Shown here: positions 50,344 to 62,000 of the stretch, in pieces | Position numbering within the stretch: position 1 is the stretch's first letter | Layout of the letters: every line of letters starts with the position of its first letter | DNA from: Candidatus Poribacteria bacterium | Lineage (GTDB): Bacteria > Poribacteria > WGA-4E > UBA9662 | Direction of reading: 5' to 3' | Assembly: GCA_046582655.1 (NCBI GenBank) | Contig: JAYGDX010000141.1 | Span: forward strand, 17,055 to 81,054 | DNA length: 64,000 nt | Made by a program: the position numbers and the translations under genes | The notes under the pieces: generated by a model | Databases searched by the model: none | What the model was told of the DNA's origin: nothing | What the model saw: the letters and a program-made list of their open reading frames with translations, nothing else

Positions 50344-51100
50344 TTACTTTGACCTTGTTGGAATCGGAGCTTCAACATCGGTAAGAATCGCCCATGTTTG
50401 ATACAACATCTGCATTTGCTTGACACGATCTGGATAAGATGCAGCCAAATTGTGCGACTCAGTTCGGTCAGCAATTAAATCGTACAACTCCCATTGTTTA
50501 AACGACTTATCCCAAACTAGCTTCCATTTTGCCTGTCGAACGGCACGATTATTTGAAAAATGCCAGTAAAGGGTTTGATGACCAGCACATTGCTTTCCCT
50601 GAAAAATTGGCAACAGACTTAGCCCTTCCACTGGTAAGATAGATATCCTGTTTCGAGTTTTGGGATAGGATTTGTCTACAATATCAAGAAATGTTGGTAA
50701 CAGATCAATAATGTGTCCAACCTGATTTGTCATCGTGTTGGCTTTAATCACATCCGGCCAGTGTGCGATAAACGGGGTAGCGATTCCGCCTTCATACATC
50801 CGCGCCTTGTATCGATGGAATGGGGTATTTTGAGCCCAGCCCCAACTGGGCCCGACAGCGGTATATGTCTCTGGAAGTCCAGGCACTTGCGACATGTCAC
50901 GTCCGCCAGGTTCTTCCGCACAACCACCGTTATCAGATAAGAACATAATTAAAATGTTATGAATAATATCCAGTTCCTCTAACGCTTGCAAGATACGACC
51001 GATGTTTTGATCCATTGAATCGATCATTCCTGCATAGGTTGCCATGCGCAGATCTTCCCATTCGAGATTGGCCTTTTCCCATGCATTTAAGTCTGATGTT
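50344..51100 (-). pseudogene. C-terminal half of an arylsulfatase; N-terminal catalytic half missing
   Basis: WEDLRMATYAGMIDSMD, FLSDNGG, NTPF..YK...YEGG, WELYDL..DRTE; no CxPxR; in-frame stop about 28 codons upstream of M51045. Confidence 0.8.
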
Positions 51101-51205
51101 ATAATAACGGTAGCCTCTAGACAAATCTAGCTGAGTACAAGTTAAAATAGCGTCAATGGAAACCGAGTTGGTACCGTTTCGCCATTTGTTAGTAGGAGAA
51201 CCGCC

Positions 51206-51577
51206 TTGAAATATGTTTCGATCCTCAGTTTTGTAGCTGTTCTGATCGTAGGGATTTACGGGTATCAAAGCAATCGCTCCAAACGAGAAGAAAGCCTGAA
51301 GTCTCTTCAGCGGGAAGTTGATCAATATACACAACAGATTAGCACCAACCCATCTGATGAGCCTGCACACTACAAACGCGGCATGGCACATCGAAGGCTG
51401 AAATCATATCAGAAAGCGATTGATGATTTTACCAAGGTAATTGAGCTGAACCCGCAAAATGCAGATGCCTATCGATACCGAGGATTAACACACGCTATTT
51501 TAGGCAATCTTGACCAGGCGAACGAAGATTACGCAAAATCGCTCGATCTTGACGACAATAAAAAAAAAGAGGGATGA
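51206..51577 (+). CDS. Small TPR protein with N-terminal membrane anchor
   Basis: AGGAG RBS before TTG; AHYKRG...AIDDFTKVIELNP..ADAYRYRG. Confidence 0.8.
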   Translation: MKYVSILSFVAVLIVGIYGYQSNRSKREESLKSLQREVDQYTQQISTNPSDEPAHYKRGMAHRRLKSYQKAIDDFTKVIELNPQNADAYRYRGLTHAILGNLDQANEDYAKSLDLDDNKKKEG

Positions 51578-51622
51578 GTTTATTATACTTTCCTCATTCC
51601 CCCTGATGTGTAGCTCTTTAAA

Positions 51623-52390
51623 TTATAATACTACGTTACAGGTATCGTATGCTGCTTTCATAGCAACAAGTGGATCGCCTTTTGGGCTAAATTCATGCCC
51701 AACATACAGATCGTAGTCAGTTTTGGCAATGGCTCGCATTACAGCTGGATAATAAATCTCCTGTTCATCATCCAGATCATTCCTACCAGGATTACCAGCA
51801 GTGTGGAAGTGACCGATGTATTTGATATTCTCCGTGATGATGCGGATGAGATCACCCTCCATAATTTGCATGTGATAGATGTCATGCAGTAACTTGACTC
51901 GAGGCGAGTTGACAGCCTTACAAACTTCAACCCCCCAAGCCGTAGTGTCACACTGATAATCTGGGTGATTGACTTTACTATTTAACAATTCGATATTGAG
52001 ATTAACACCTTTTTCTTCCGCGTATTTAGCAACGCGTAAACAACCTTCAACGGTATTATCTCGGCCTTCCTCTGAGGATTTCCCCTCACGATTACCGGAA
52101 AAGCATATTAAACCGGGAATATCATTTTCAGCCGCAATATCAATATTCTTTCTCAGTTCATCTTCTATTCGATCATGATTTTCACGTTTGTTCAAACCAT
52201 CCGGCAGAGATGCATGCCCAGAAACAGTAGCAATCCTCATGCCGTGCTCGCGCACTAGATCCCAATATTGCGGTGGCAACATCTCAACTGATTTGTAACC
52301 GATTTTAGCAGCTTCAGTAATAGCTTGCTCAGGAGTAACACCATCTCGTACGAAACAGCCGAAACATATTGATTGATTAATCGAACCCAT
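51623..52390 (-). CDS. Hydroxypyruvate isomerase (Hyi)-like TIM barrel
   Basis: AAGGAG RBS; ICFSGNR, IELLNSKVNHPDYQCD, DIYHMQIMEGD, HFHTAGNPGR, GHEF. Confidence 0.9.
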   Translation of the reverse strand: MGSINQSICFGCFVRDGVTPEQAITEAAKIGYKSVEMLPPQYWDLVREHGMRIATVSGHASLPDGLNKRENHDRIEDELRKNIDIAAENDIPGLICFSGNREGKSSEEGRDNTVEGCLRVAKYAEEKGVNLNIELLNSKVNHPDYQCDTTAWGVEVCKAVNSPRVKLLHDIYHMQIMEGDLIRIITENIKYIGHFHTAGNPGRNDLDDEQEIYYPAVMRAIAKTDYDLYVGHEFSPKGDPLVAMKAAYDTCNVVL

Positions 52391-53053
52391 CCGAAATTCT
52401 CCTTGGTACATCACATAATTTCAATACATAGTTTATCAAAGAAATCGGTCATCAATCAACAGGTTTCCAAGTTCAAACTCATTCCCATCACGACACCCTG
52501 ACAGCAACGCCTGGTCAGACTTACGTCGCTTCAGCAGGTTACGGAACTGGACAATGGCAAATATCAGCTTGACGTGAGCCCCTCTGAAATCACCGAAGAC
52601 TCCATCATCAATCAATTGGTAAAGTATGCCATTAAACAGAAATGGGTTGACAAGGGAACGTCGAATGCTTCACTTTAATCAATGACAACCCAACCACAAC
52701 TACCTGCGCAACACGCAGTTATCCAAAAAACATGAAACATGGATAATACTCCCCTTAAACAGAGAAGCTTTGAGGAGATATTGAGGGGAAGCAACAACAG
52801 ATGGGAGGAAGAATTGTAATAATTAGAACGATGATATACTCCAAATCCACAGGACAGAAGACAGAAATAGCGACAGTCCCATCACTGAATCTATGACAGA
52901 GAGCCTACCTCAACTTGGATTGTAGTTTCGACTTAAATCCAGAATATCCTCAACGGAAAAGCGGTAAAAACCACACATGCACGGACAGAGACAACTGATC
53001 CCTAAACCCGCATCCAACGGTTCCAAGTTAAATAGCCTGACTTATCATGCGAG

Positions 53054-54950
53054 CTATCTAAAATCGAGTTCGATCTCAAGCTGCTCCCCTTCAGGGAACG
53101 CTTCGCCTTCAAAATAGTCCCAACCTTCGCTTGCGTAGGTCTTCTCAAAGGATGCGCTCTTGATCCACGTGCCGACCTCTTTTTGTACCGCCAGCACCAC
53201 CTGGCGGATCTTCCATGCATCAGAACGGATATGATCAATGGTGATGGTGTTGTGGCGTTGGATGTGCCGGAGTTGTTCCGGTGTCAGGTCCATGACTAGC
53301 CATTGCCAGCTCTGGATCGTATTAGGCGGTAGAAGACCGACTTTCTGACCGTTGAGGAACACCGGCTTGTGATATTGCTCCTCTGGGTTAGCTCCAGCCA
53401 CGTCAACCCCCAGCTTGGCCACGCGGATGTTCTGCAGTTCATCTTCACTGATTGAAGCCAGCGGAACGCTTTCCTCCACGGACATTTCTGCAGGAGCATA
53501 GATGCTGTCGGATGTACACAGATTATCCAGTTGTGGCTCCAACTGGATAATTCAAGGAGATGCCCTTTGCCCGCCAAAAGAACCAGTTTCACGTGAGAGC
53601 CAGGCACCAGCGAGTCAGACGCCTGAGGCTGATCCGACACAATCCTTACTTCTTGGACCGTTGAGTGGAAATCGATTTCCACTTCGCGGGAGGTAGGATA
53701 TTATACTGCTTACTAACGCGACAATCTACCACCATTACCTGGGGCGCTTCACCATCTCGTACCAGCACCCCGGCGAGAAGATCCGGGCTCATCTTTTCAA
53801 TCAACTTGTCCGGACCTGGGACTACCTGATCAAAACCGGAGAGATCCAGATCCTCGGGAAAGGGCCAACTCCGGTTATTCCAGCCGGTGGAAAACACCCC
53901 AGCCGAATCGTTTCCCGCGAGCCTCTGTCCCCAAACCCGGAGACGCCAGTTAGTCTCGGCGACCGGGCCATAATTCGGCTTTAGTCGTTGATGCACCTGC
54001 TCCACTGTCTGTGCTGGCGATGGTTTGCCTTCACTCTCCTTCGGCAGGCGCATAATCCCCCCACCATTATAGGTGAAGTACCAGATCCCATCCGCCCCGT
54101 AGGCAATAGCTGCATAGGCCTGGAAACGGGCCAACGAGTCACTACAATCCCCACTTATGTCAAAGATTGGCCACATCAGCAATCTATACCGGTGCTTTGC
54201 CTCTCGCCAAGCTGCCATATGGTGGCAATAGGAAAGCATCTGCCCGGTTGCGGAAGAGCCTCGTTCATACAAAGTCGGATAGGTCTAAACGCAGTGGATC
54301 GGATTGCCGACCTGAGCCAAACTCTGTGGGTCAGACCAGTTCTGACAGACCCAGGGGATCAGGTGAGGGACTTTTTCGCGGAGATATTTCGTATTCTCAA
54401 TGACATCTGCCGGGAGAGTCCCCACATCGTCGGCCAACAGAAAGCCAATCACGGATGGGTGCGAACCGATACATTCGACCAGCCACCTAAATTCGGCAGG
54501 CGTAGCGTAATGATGCGCTGCAATGCCGGGCGACACATCGGGAAAGATTAAGGAGTCGATGGCGTTTCCCCAGGGCGACTTTTTCCAAGTGTAGGTGTCC
54601 CACAACACCTTCAAGCCATGTTCCCGAGCCAAGTCCAAGACATGGAGTTCCTGTTTCGGCTCGCCCTGGTCATCCAGCTCATAATACCGGCCGATATGGA
54701 TCACATTGAAACCGGCCTCGGCATAGACTTGAAACTCTACATCGCTGAAGCCCGGTGCCCACCAAGCACAGATCAGAAAATCCTGGAACTTGAAGTTCCA
54801 ACCGCCCTGAGGCAACTTGGATTCTTCAGCACAAAGATATACCGGCATCATCATCCCCCACACAGCTATTGCTCCCCCAATCAACCACAAAGACAAGTTT
54901 CTGGGCAGTTCGATCTTTCCTGTCATCTTTAATTCTCTCATTTCTCTCAT
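53054..54950 (-). pseudogene. Secreted glycoside hydrolase-like TIM barrel + beta-sandwich protein, disrupted
   Basis: In-frame TAG at 54285-54287 (IHCV*TYPTLY), frameshifts near 53685 and 53543; AEAGFN, HGLKVL, HPSVIGF, RFQAYAAIAYGADGIWYFTY. Confidence 0.65.
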
Positions 54951-55233
54951 TTCGTTTTTCCGTCAGCACCGATTTCGATACGTGGCTATAATCCCTACTC
55001 AACCGGTGCTTTGGGGTTGTGATTTTTATTGTGAAATCTTCATTCAGCACATTCCTGCGAGAACATAGTAGTTCAACTAGTATCGACAGGATGATGCCGT
55101 AAATATGCATATTTTTAATATATCCAAACCCTATATTGCACAACCGCAAAACCGACATTGGATAACTTAAGTTAAATTTAATACCTTACACCAAAATCCT
55201 TAAAAAATTAACACCTTAAGAAAGAGAGTAAAT

Positions 55234-55435
55234 ATGCTTTACTTGGTAATGACTGGAAAGACTTCACCACCAGTTCCACGATCTACTAAAGATCTTGAAC
55301 TACTTTATAATCAATTAGTAGATACCGAGAAATCCTAAAGAAACTGGAGGCGAAAGGAAAATATTAGCTGATAGTATACCTTCAGCCCCAAGAAGTCACG
55401 TATTCATCATTGAGGCAGAATCTAATCTAATAACG
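55234..55435 (+). pseudogene. Small ferredoxin-fold (muconolactone isomerase-like) gene remnant
   Basis: MLYLV... then, across frameshifts, EILKKLEAKGK / ILADS...RSHVFIIEAESN. Confidence 0.3.
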
Positions 55436-55474
55436 ATGTGACGGAAAGAAAACCTAAAGCCAATAAACCGATCC

Positions 55475-56290
55475 TCATTCGCCCTTTATTTGACGGTTAA
55501 TCTGGAGGAGTTCTTCCAACTTCTGACCTAACGATAAGTGTGGTTGGTCACTAAATTTCCGCCAGTAGATTTCTGTTTTTCGGTTCAAGATACTGTAAAA
55601 GGCACGGACTTCTGGTTCTGGATGATCCCGCCAAAAAACATGAGGTATATAGGTGACCTCACTCAAATGGGGTCTATCGATGTGACCATAATAAATCTGG
55701 ACCGATTTGCGTTCAGTATTTGTGGATCGAACGGTGGCAGTATGCAATACAGCCACATTAAAAAGAACGCCTGTACCAGCCGGACCATAGAAATCAATCA
55801 GGCCTCCCTTCTGCAATTGACTGGCTGGTTCTAAAACTGGCTCCTCCGTTGACTCTGGTGAAATAGAAAAACAATGAGTGGTTTGGTCCACGTCAGTCAG
55901 ATATATCATCAGCTGAATATAGTCCATGCGCAGTGGATGCGACAACCAGTGACCACGATCTCGATGCCAATTTCGGTGCAGTGGTCCATTATAACCTCCC
56001 ATGTGTCGCAGACTAATCTCCGAGAAACAGACTGGTCCACCCATTAAGTCTTGTATAAGGCTTATTACTTTGGGATGGCGAATTACTTGATCGAAGTCTG
56101 GTGAAGTCAACAGAATATCACCGTTGGCTGTCTGATAAGGACCAACATTGCCCCAGTGGGTTGTGAATTGGGTGTGGTCTCGATCGAAGGCTTTAATCCA
56201 CTGATTGAGCTCGGTTTCGGTTAGAATTTTTCCCAGTGGCAAATAACCGTTCTGTTTAAAGAACTGGAAATTGGCTTGCCTTATCGACAT
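55475..56290 (-). CDS. PhyH family Fe/2OG dioxygenase (canonical HxD...H)
   Basis: FFKQNGYL, NWHRD, IYLTDVD, AGTGVLFN.AVLHTA, RKSVQIYY. Confidence 0.88.
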   Translation of the reverse strand: MSIRQANFQFFKQNGYLPLGKILTETELNQWIKAFDRDHTQFTTHWGNVGPYQTANGDILLTSPDFDQVIRHPKVISLIQDLMGGPVCFSEISLRHMGGYNGPLHRNWHRDRGHWLSHPLRMDYIQLMIYLTDVDQTTHCFSISPESTEEPVLEPASQLQKGGLIDFYGPAGTGVLFNVAVLHTATVRSTNTERKSVQIYYGHIDRPHLSEVTYIPHVFWRDHPEPEVRAFYSILNRKTEIYWRKFSDQPHLSLGQKLEELLQINRQIKGE

Positions 56291-56789
56291 CTTACGTTCG
56301 TCAGAGGTGAGCAGAATAATGCGCTTTTATTATTGAATCATCAGATCGAAGTTCAAGTCTCAGGAGCCAGTCAACATTGGACACCGAAGTTAAAAATCAC
56401 CTGCACCAATGTCGTCAGAAGCTGGAGAATGGACAACTCAAAACATCGATTTAGACCAACTCGAAGTTTTGTTCCTGTTGGTATATTGCCGTAGGATTCA
56501 AGTTATCATGTATCTCTATTCTAAGTCGACCAGTATGCAATCGTCATTCTTGTCTACTGTCTTTATTGCACAACACAAAGAGATCAGGTGTCATAACAGT
56601 AGTGTGAGTTGAAACAGCAGTTCCTAGAAATCCCTTCACAGCACAATTTTTTTAAAATCATGCTAACACACCCACAAAAATATTCAGATTAGAGGGAGAT
56701 TCTAATAGTGACAATAAGGTTGCATGATGGAGGAGATTACGACCATCCCACAGCCAATGATCGCCATGTTCAAGCTGAAATCATAAATT

Positions 56790-56995
56790 AAGACAATGAA
56801 AATTACTACCGCCTAAAGAGTTCTTTCAGAATGCACTAGATATAACAAACTTCCCCAGAACCATCCTTGAGACTTTAGGTTCGAAGGTACAACATCGAGA
56901 AATCAATATTCCAACAATCTAATCGAACAAGATCATCACAGAATCAAACAGCGATGCAAACCACTGGGAGGATTTGGTTCGCTTTCCAGTCAATT
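56790..56995 (+). mobile_element. IS6-family transposase remnant
   Basis: FPRTILETLGSKVQHR, then QYSNNLIEQDHHRIKQRCKPLGGFGS (IS6 NNxIEQDHRxIK motif); frameshifted, no intact ORF. Confidence 0.75.
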
Positions 56996-57067
56996 TAGCT
57001 TGCATTCGCTGTTTATCTTCTGTTTGCATGGACATTCAGGACCTCCTACTCTAAGTAGAAGGTAAGT

Positions 57068-58246
57068 CTAGAAAATATCGCTGGCAGCAGAATGAATGGC
57101 TGTTGACACTTTTTCGATTCCCTCGTCAGTCATCTCCGGGTGAACACCAATACAGATGGCACGACCCAGGTAATCTAATGTCCTAGGACACATCCGATCT
57201 GAATACTCGATCTCACCGTAGGATGGATGACTGTAGGGCAACCCATTGGGGTGGTAGGTCTTCTTCCGCAAGATATATTCCCAGCCTGGATAGACATGCT
57301 TGTCACCATTACCATGCGTGTACATTGGTCCAGCACCAACGCCATATTCACCCATCCTCTCACCAAACTTGCTGGCCAAATCGGGTGTGGGCAATAAAAA
57401 GACCATCGTAGTAGCAGCATCACCCTCTTCATCGTGCAGTTTGCGCAGTTCGATTCCGTCTATGTCAGCGATGGCTTGACGCAGTTTCTGTTTGCGAATC
57501 CGCATGTTTTCGATAAAGCCATCCAACCGTGTTAATTGTACTGAAGCCACTGCTCCTCGCATCTCATCCATACGAAAGTTCATGCCAGGGAAGAAAGCAT
57601 CACTATGCGAGGAAATACCCCACAGGTTACCACCATCATGTATCATTCTGGCACGATCAGCATATCGCTGGTCGTCTGTAATCACGAGTCCACCTTCACC
57701 AGTGGTAATGATCTTGCTTTGCTGCAAACTGAAGCAACCGATGTGACCATGGGTACCGAGCCGTTTACCTTTATAACCCGCTCCGATAGCCTGGGCGCAG
57801 TCTTCGATCACCAGCAGGTCGTGTTTGTCGGCAATGGCTTTGATGGCCGACATGTTGGACGGTACCCCAATCATGTGAACCGGCATGATAGCTCGGGTTC
57901 TAGGCGTGATCTTGGCTTCGATATCCTCCGGGTCGATAGTCAACGAGTTATCGATTTCAGCAATGACAGGCACCGCGTTGGCAATTACCACCGAGGCTGG
58001 CGTAGCCACCCAGGTATAAGCGGGCACAATCACCTCATCCCCCAAACCGATACCTGCAGCATAAAGCCCAATGATCAGGGACGAGGTTCCACCATTTGCC
58101 GCGAGGGCATTTTTTGTGTTAAACTTGTCTTCAACACCACGTTCAAAGTTTGAGACTGCCGAATCTTCAAGTCCATATCGACAGAGATCGCCTTTTTCCA
58201 GCACTTTCAAAACAGCCTGTTGCTCTTCTGCCCCAATGTAGTACAT
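57068..58246 (-). CDS. DegT/DnrJ/EryC1/StrS family PLP aminotransferase
   Basis: GDEVIVP, IMPVHM.G, IEDCAQA, FSLQQSKIITTGEGG. Confidence 0.93.
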   Translation of the reverse strand: MYYIGAEEQQAVLKVLEKGDLCRYGLEDSAVSNFERGVEDKFNTKNALAANGGTSSLIIGLYAAGIGLGDEVIVPAYTWVATPASVVIANAVPVIAEIDNSLTIDPEDIEAKITPRTRAIMPVHMIGVPSNMSAIKAIADKHDLLVIEDCAQAIGAGYKGKRLGTHGHIGCFSLQQSKIITTGEGGLVITDDQRYADRARMIHDGGNLWGISSHSDAFFPGMNFRMDEMRGAVASVQLTRLDGFIENMRIRKQKLRQAIADIDGIELRKLHDEEGDAATTMVFLLPTPDLASKFGERMGEYGVGAGPMYTHGNGDKHVYPGWEYILRKKTYHPNGLPYSHPSYGEIEYSDRMCPRTLDYLGRAICIGVHPEMTDEGIEKVSTAIHSAASDIF

Positions 58247-58809
58247 TGTCTAATTCTCCTGTGGATAATATGATATGGTTACTTATTATATTATATCTAG
58301 ATCTGCAAATTCTGCAATTTGTTTTGGCGTTATTTGCACGTACAATTAAGGAGAAATAGAATATCGTCATCAGATCGAGGCATAATTCTGTTTAATCACG
58401 ATGCTGAAAGTGCTTCGACAGTACACGCGGGTTCTTACAAGCCGCGCAGCAACTATATCAAAATACGATGTTCCCTGGATCATTTACCTAACAGGATCAA
58501 ACACGAACCGCACATATTGAATAAGAAGTAATCAACAATTGGCCACTGATGGTGATCAACACACCCATAACGTTCTGCTCAAGCCGATCTACATGCAACC
58601 CGGTGATAATCAGCTAGTCCTCGGCTGCTCGCCCAATTTTTCAGGCAAAGGCAACACACTAAAACAGATTCAGGAAAAGACCGAACAATATACAGACCTT
58701 GATCGCAGACTTGCTGTATACATTCGCTTTGCCTCTCCACCGTAGGTCTATGCTGAGAGAATAATGATCTAAGCTCACTCACTGAAGGATATACAATGGA
58801 GGAAACACG

Positions 58810-59673
58810 ATGAAGGAAATCGGATGCAGCACCGTGCTGTACCGCAACTTTAGTTTGAAACAGGCACTAGCTAGTATTCAACAAGCTGGGGGCAGTGCTA
58901 TTGAACTCTGTGCCCGTTCATCTGTAACCGGACAGATTACCCACCTGGACCTGAATCGGCATGATGACGTGAATGACTATTACCAAAAAGTCAAACAGAC
59001 CATAACCAACCACAACCTGCTGATTGAATCGATTGCTGTTTCCAATCAGCAGATTGCACAGCCAGCGGAACTGGAACGGCTGATCGAGGCATCTCACCAA
59101 TTGGGGACAGATACAGTGGTCATCAGCTCTGGTGGGGTTTCCAATAGTGAGGAGAGTTTTCTGCTGTTTGTCGATAAAATCAACCAAGCCAGCACCATAC
59201 TGACCGGAAGCCAGATTCGCCTGTCGGTCAAGCCACGGGTGGGTCGGGCCGTTCACGATGTGGCGACGGCTGAGCAGTTGATGACCAAAGTCGACGCCAA
59301 TTGGGTGGGGCTTAACTTCGATGCGACGCACATATACCGCTCACATCCCCATGCTGATCCTGTCCAAGCCTTGGCAGAATTACAGCCTCATATTTTCACT
59401 GTCCGGATACGAGATCATCAAGTCAGCCGGGAGCCGAAAGTGGGACCAGTAGAGACACAGATTCCAGGCAACGGAGGACTGGACCTAGTTGGACTGACTA
59501 GTATTATCAAGCAAATGCCGAATGTCTCGGCGGCGATCCTGGAAATCGTTGGCACCCACAAGCGACCGGAGATGACCTTCGACACCATACAGGAGATGGT
59601 TACCACCTCGATCTCCTATCTAAAACCACTATTGTGGGAATACGTGGCCACACCGATGACCACCATCATTTAA
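58810..59673 (+). CDS. Sugar phosphate isomerase/epimerase family TIM barrel
   Basis: GGAGG RBS; AIELC, LSVKP, GLNFDATH, VRIRD, IPGNG, LEI. Confidence 0.8.
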   Translation: MKEIGCSTVLYRNFSLKQALASIQQAGGSAIELCARSSVTGQITHLDLNRHDDVNDYYQKVKQTITNHNLLIESIAVSNQQIAQPAELERLIEASHQLGTDTVVISSGGVSNSEESFLLFVDKINQASTILTGSQIRLSVKPRVGRAVHDVATAEQLMTKVDANWVGLNFDATHIYRSHPHADPVQALAELQPHIFTVRIRDHQVSREPKVGPVETQIPGNGGLDLVGLTSIIKQMPNVSAAILEIVGTHKRPEMTFDTIQEMVTTSISYLKPLLWEYVATPMTTII

Positions 59674-59775
59674 CTAGCCGAAAATTATGTCTTGATCCAA
59701 TCGGTAAGATCAGATGTAGCATTTAGATAAGACTTTCCTCAGAATTTTTTATGTCTAAGATTTTCAGGACCGCTC

Positions 59776-61774
59776 TTGGGAAAACGTGGCGAAGAGATAT
59801 ACAAGAACAGGAAAATAAATTGTGCTGTTACTAGGAATTCTGGCAGCACGGTTTTAAGCTGGCGGGCAATTTTGATAGGTACTGCAATTATCAGCCTGAT
59901 AAGTTACCTTTGTCCGATAGTTGAGCAGTACGAATGGGAAATCGATTACGCACTACCCGCTCCGCCTGTATCTGTTATGTTCTTCTTCTTTCTCGTTGTA
60001 ACGCTTAACACACTCCTGTTCAAGTTCTCTCACCCGCTTGCCTTAAATCCAAATGAACTCTTGCTGATCTATGCAATGACTATGGTAGGAGTCCCGTTAA
60101 GCTCCTTCGGTCTTGTACAGTTTTTGATTCCCAATATGGTCGGTCCAATTCACTTCGCCACAAATGAAAATATGTGGCGAGAAGATTTCTGGCATTATAT
60201 TCCCAATTGGTTCGGTCCAAGAAATCTGAGGATAATCAATGGGTTTTATACAGGAGGTTGGGATGGTGTTCCTTGGCACGCATGGATAAAGCCATTGATG
60301 ATATGGTGGATTTTCGCGTTCGTCCTTTGTTTTGTCCTATTCTGCTTCTGTGCAATAATACGCAAACAGTGGGTTGAACGCGAAAGACTAACCTTCAGGA
60401 TTTTGGAAACGCCATTGGCTATGGTTGAAACACCGCAAACCGGTTTCGGCCTGAATGCCTTCTTCAGAAACAAGATGACATGGATTGGTTTTGCCCTCCC
60501 GATATTAATACAACTCTCCGTTGGTCTGCATCACTTCTTTCCTTACCTTTAAGATTATGCACATCAGATTAGACACGTATTTAACAGAAAAACCGTGGAA
60601 CGCGATCGGATATTTCCACCTAAACGTAATGTATTCCATTATCGGGGTAGCGTATATGGTTCCGGCGGATGTCTCTTTTGGCCTTTGGTTTTTCTATCTG
60701 TTCAGAAAAGCGCTAAATATCCTAGGCGCTACTCTGGGTTGGCGTGGCAGTCAAGCAGGAAGCATTTTAGCCCGATTTCCAGATGTAAACGACCAGGCTG
60801 TAGGGGCATTCTTCGCCCTATTCCTTTTGAGCTTATGGATGATGAGGCGACATTTATGGGAAGTGATTAATGATGCAATAAGTCAGAATAGAACTCCCGT
60901 TTCTAAGAGCACCCCCGAGGCCATGTCGTATTCTACCGCGGTTTTTGGTTTTCTTTTAGGAACGTTTTTTTTGCTCCTTTGGGGGTGCCTCGCTGGTCTG
61001 TCTTTGGTATGGGGACTTGGTTTTTTTGGCATCTTCTTTGTCTTTCAGACTGTTCTTTCTAGAATCCGAGCTGAATCGGGAATAGCGTGGCTTTTTCTTC
61101 CCAAAACGCCAAACAATGTGATGGCACTTTTCACAGGTACGGCAAAATTAGGCACTCAGAATCTCGCCATCTTGTCGTCTCTAAAATTCCTGACGTTCAA
61201 CCAAAATGGCTACATCATGCCTTTTCAACTTGAGGCATTAAAGACCTCAGATTCGTACTGGGTAAAAGGACGTCATCTATCTGTTGCAATACTTGCGGGG
61301 ATAATTCTTTACATCGTGATTTCCTCATGTTCCTCACTTTCAGTCTACTATAAATATGGAGCAAATTCCTGCGAACAGTGGCGGGTGAGCAGTGGAAGGT
61401 CGCCGTATGAAGAGCTATCAAGGTGGCTTAATACCTCACAGCCATCTTCTCCAGCAGCTCTGTTTTATATTGGGTTTGGCGCTCTATTTTATGCGTTTTT
61501 AGCGTTTATGAGACTTCAGTTTTTGTGGTGGCCATTTCATCCTGTGGGTTATGTAGTGGCGAATACTTTCACCATGCAATATCTGTGGGCGCCTTTTCTT
61601 TTTGGCTGGTTCGCCAAAGTCATTGCGCTAAAATCTGGCGGAATCAAATCATATCGGAATTTAGTGCCGTTTTTCTTAGGGTTGATCATGGGAGAGACTG
61701 TGGGAAATGGATTCTGGGTAACAGTTTTAGGTGAAATCTTTGGGATTCATGGCTTTGCATATTTCGAGTTTTAG
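59776..61774 (+). pseudogene. DUF6785/DUF6784 polytopic membrane protein, frameshifted at ~60550
   Basis: ELLLIY, GVPWHAWIKP, RKQWVERERL; continues in the +1 frame to RIRAESG and FLWWPFHPVGY...PFFLGLIMGE. Confidence 0.75.
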
Positions 61775-62000
61775 ATCTTAAAATGATTTAACTAATTGCT
61801 TATGAAAGGAAATTTTTAAGCAACTCAATCCACGCACGCATTACTTATTAGAAGTAAAATTGTATCAATTTAAAAAAACTCATGTTATTATCGTGCACAG
61901 ATAATATTAAGTATACTCTATTGATATTATATTTAATTTTTAGATTATCTTCATAATCTAAATCCAAGCTAGCATCCATATAAAGACGAGGTGAAAGCAG

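Noticed and set aside
52440..53050. Protein-like fragment (LTSLQQVTELDNGKYQLDV...) in the intergenic gap
   Set aside because: No start, interrupted by a stop, family not assignable
58300..58745. Possible PhyH C-terminal remnant (PIYMQPGD...DRRLAVYIRF)
   Set aside because: Iron-binding His absent and similarity too short to support
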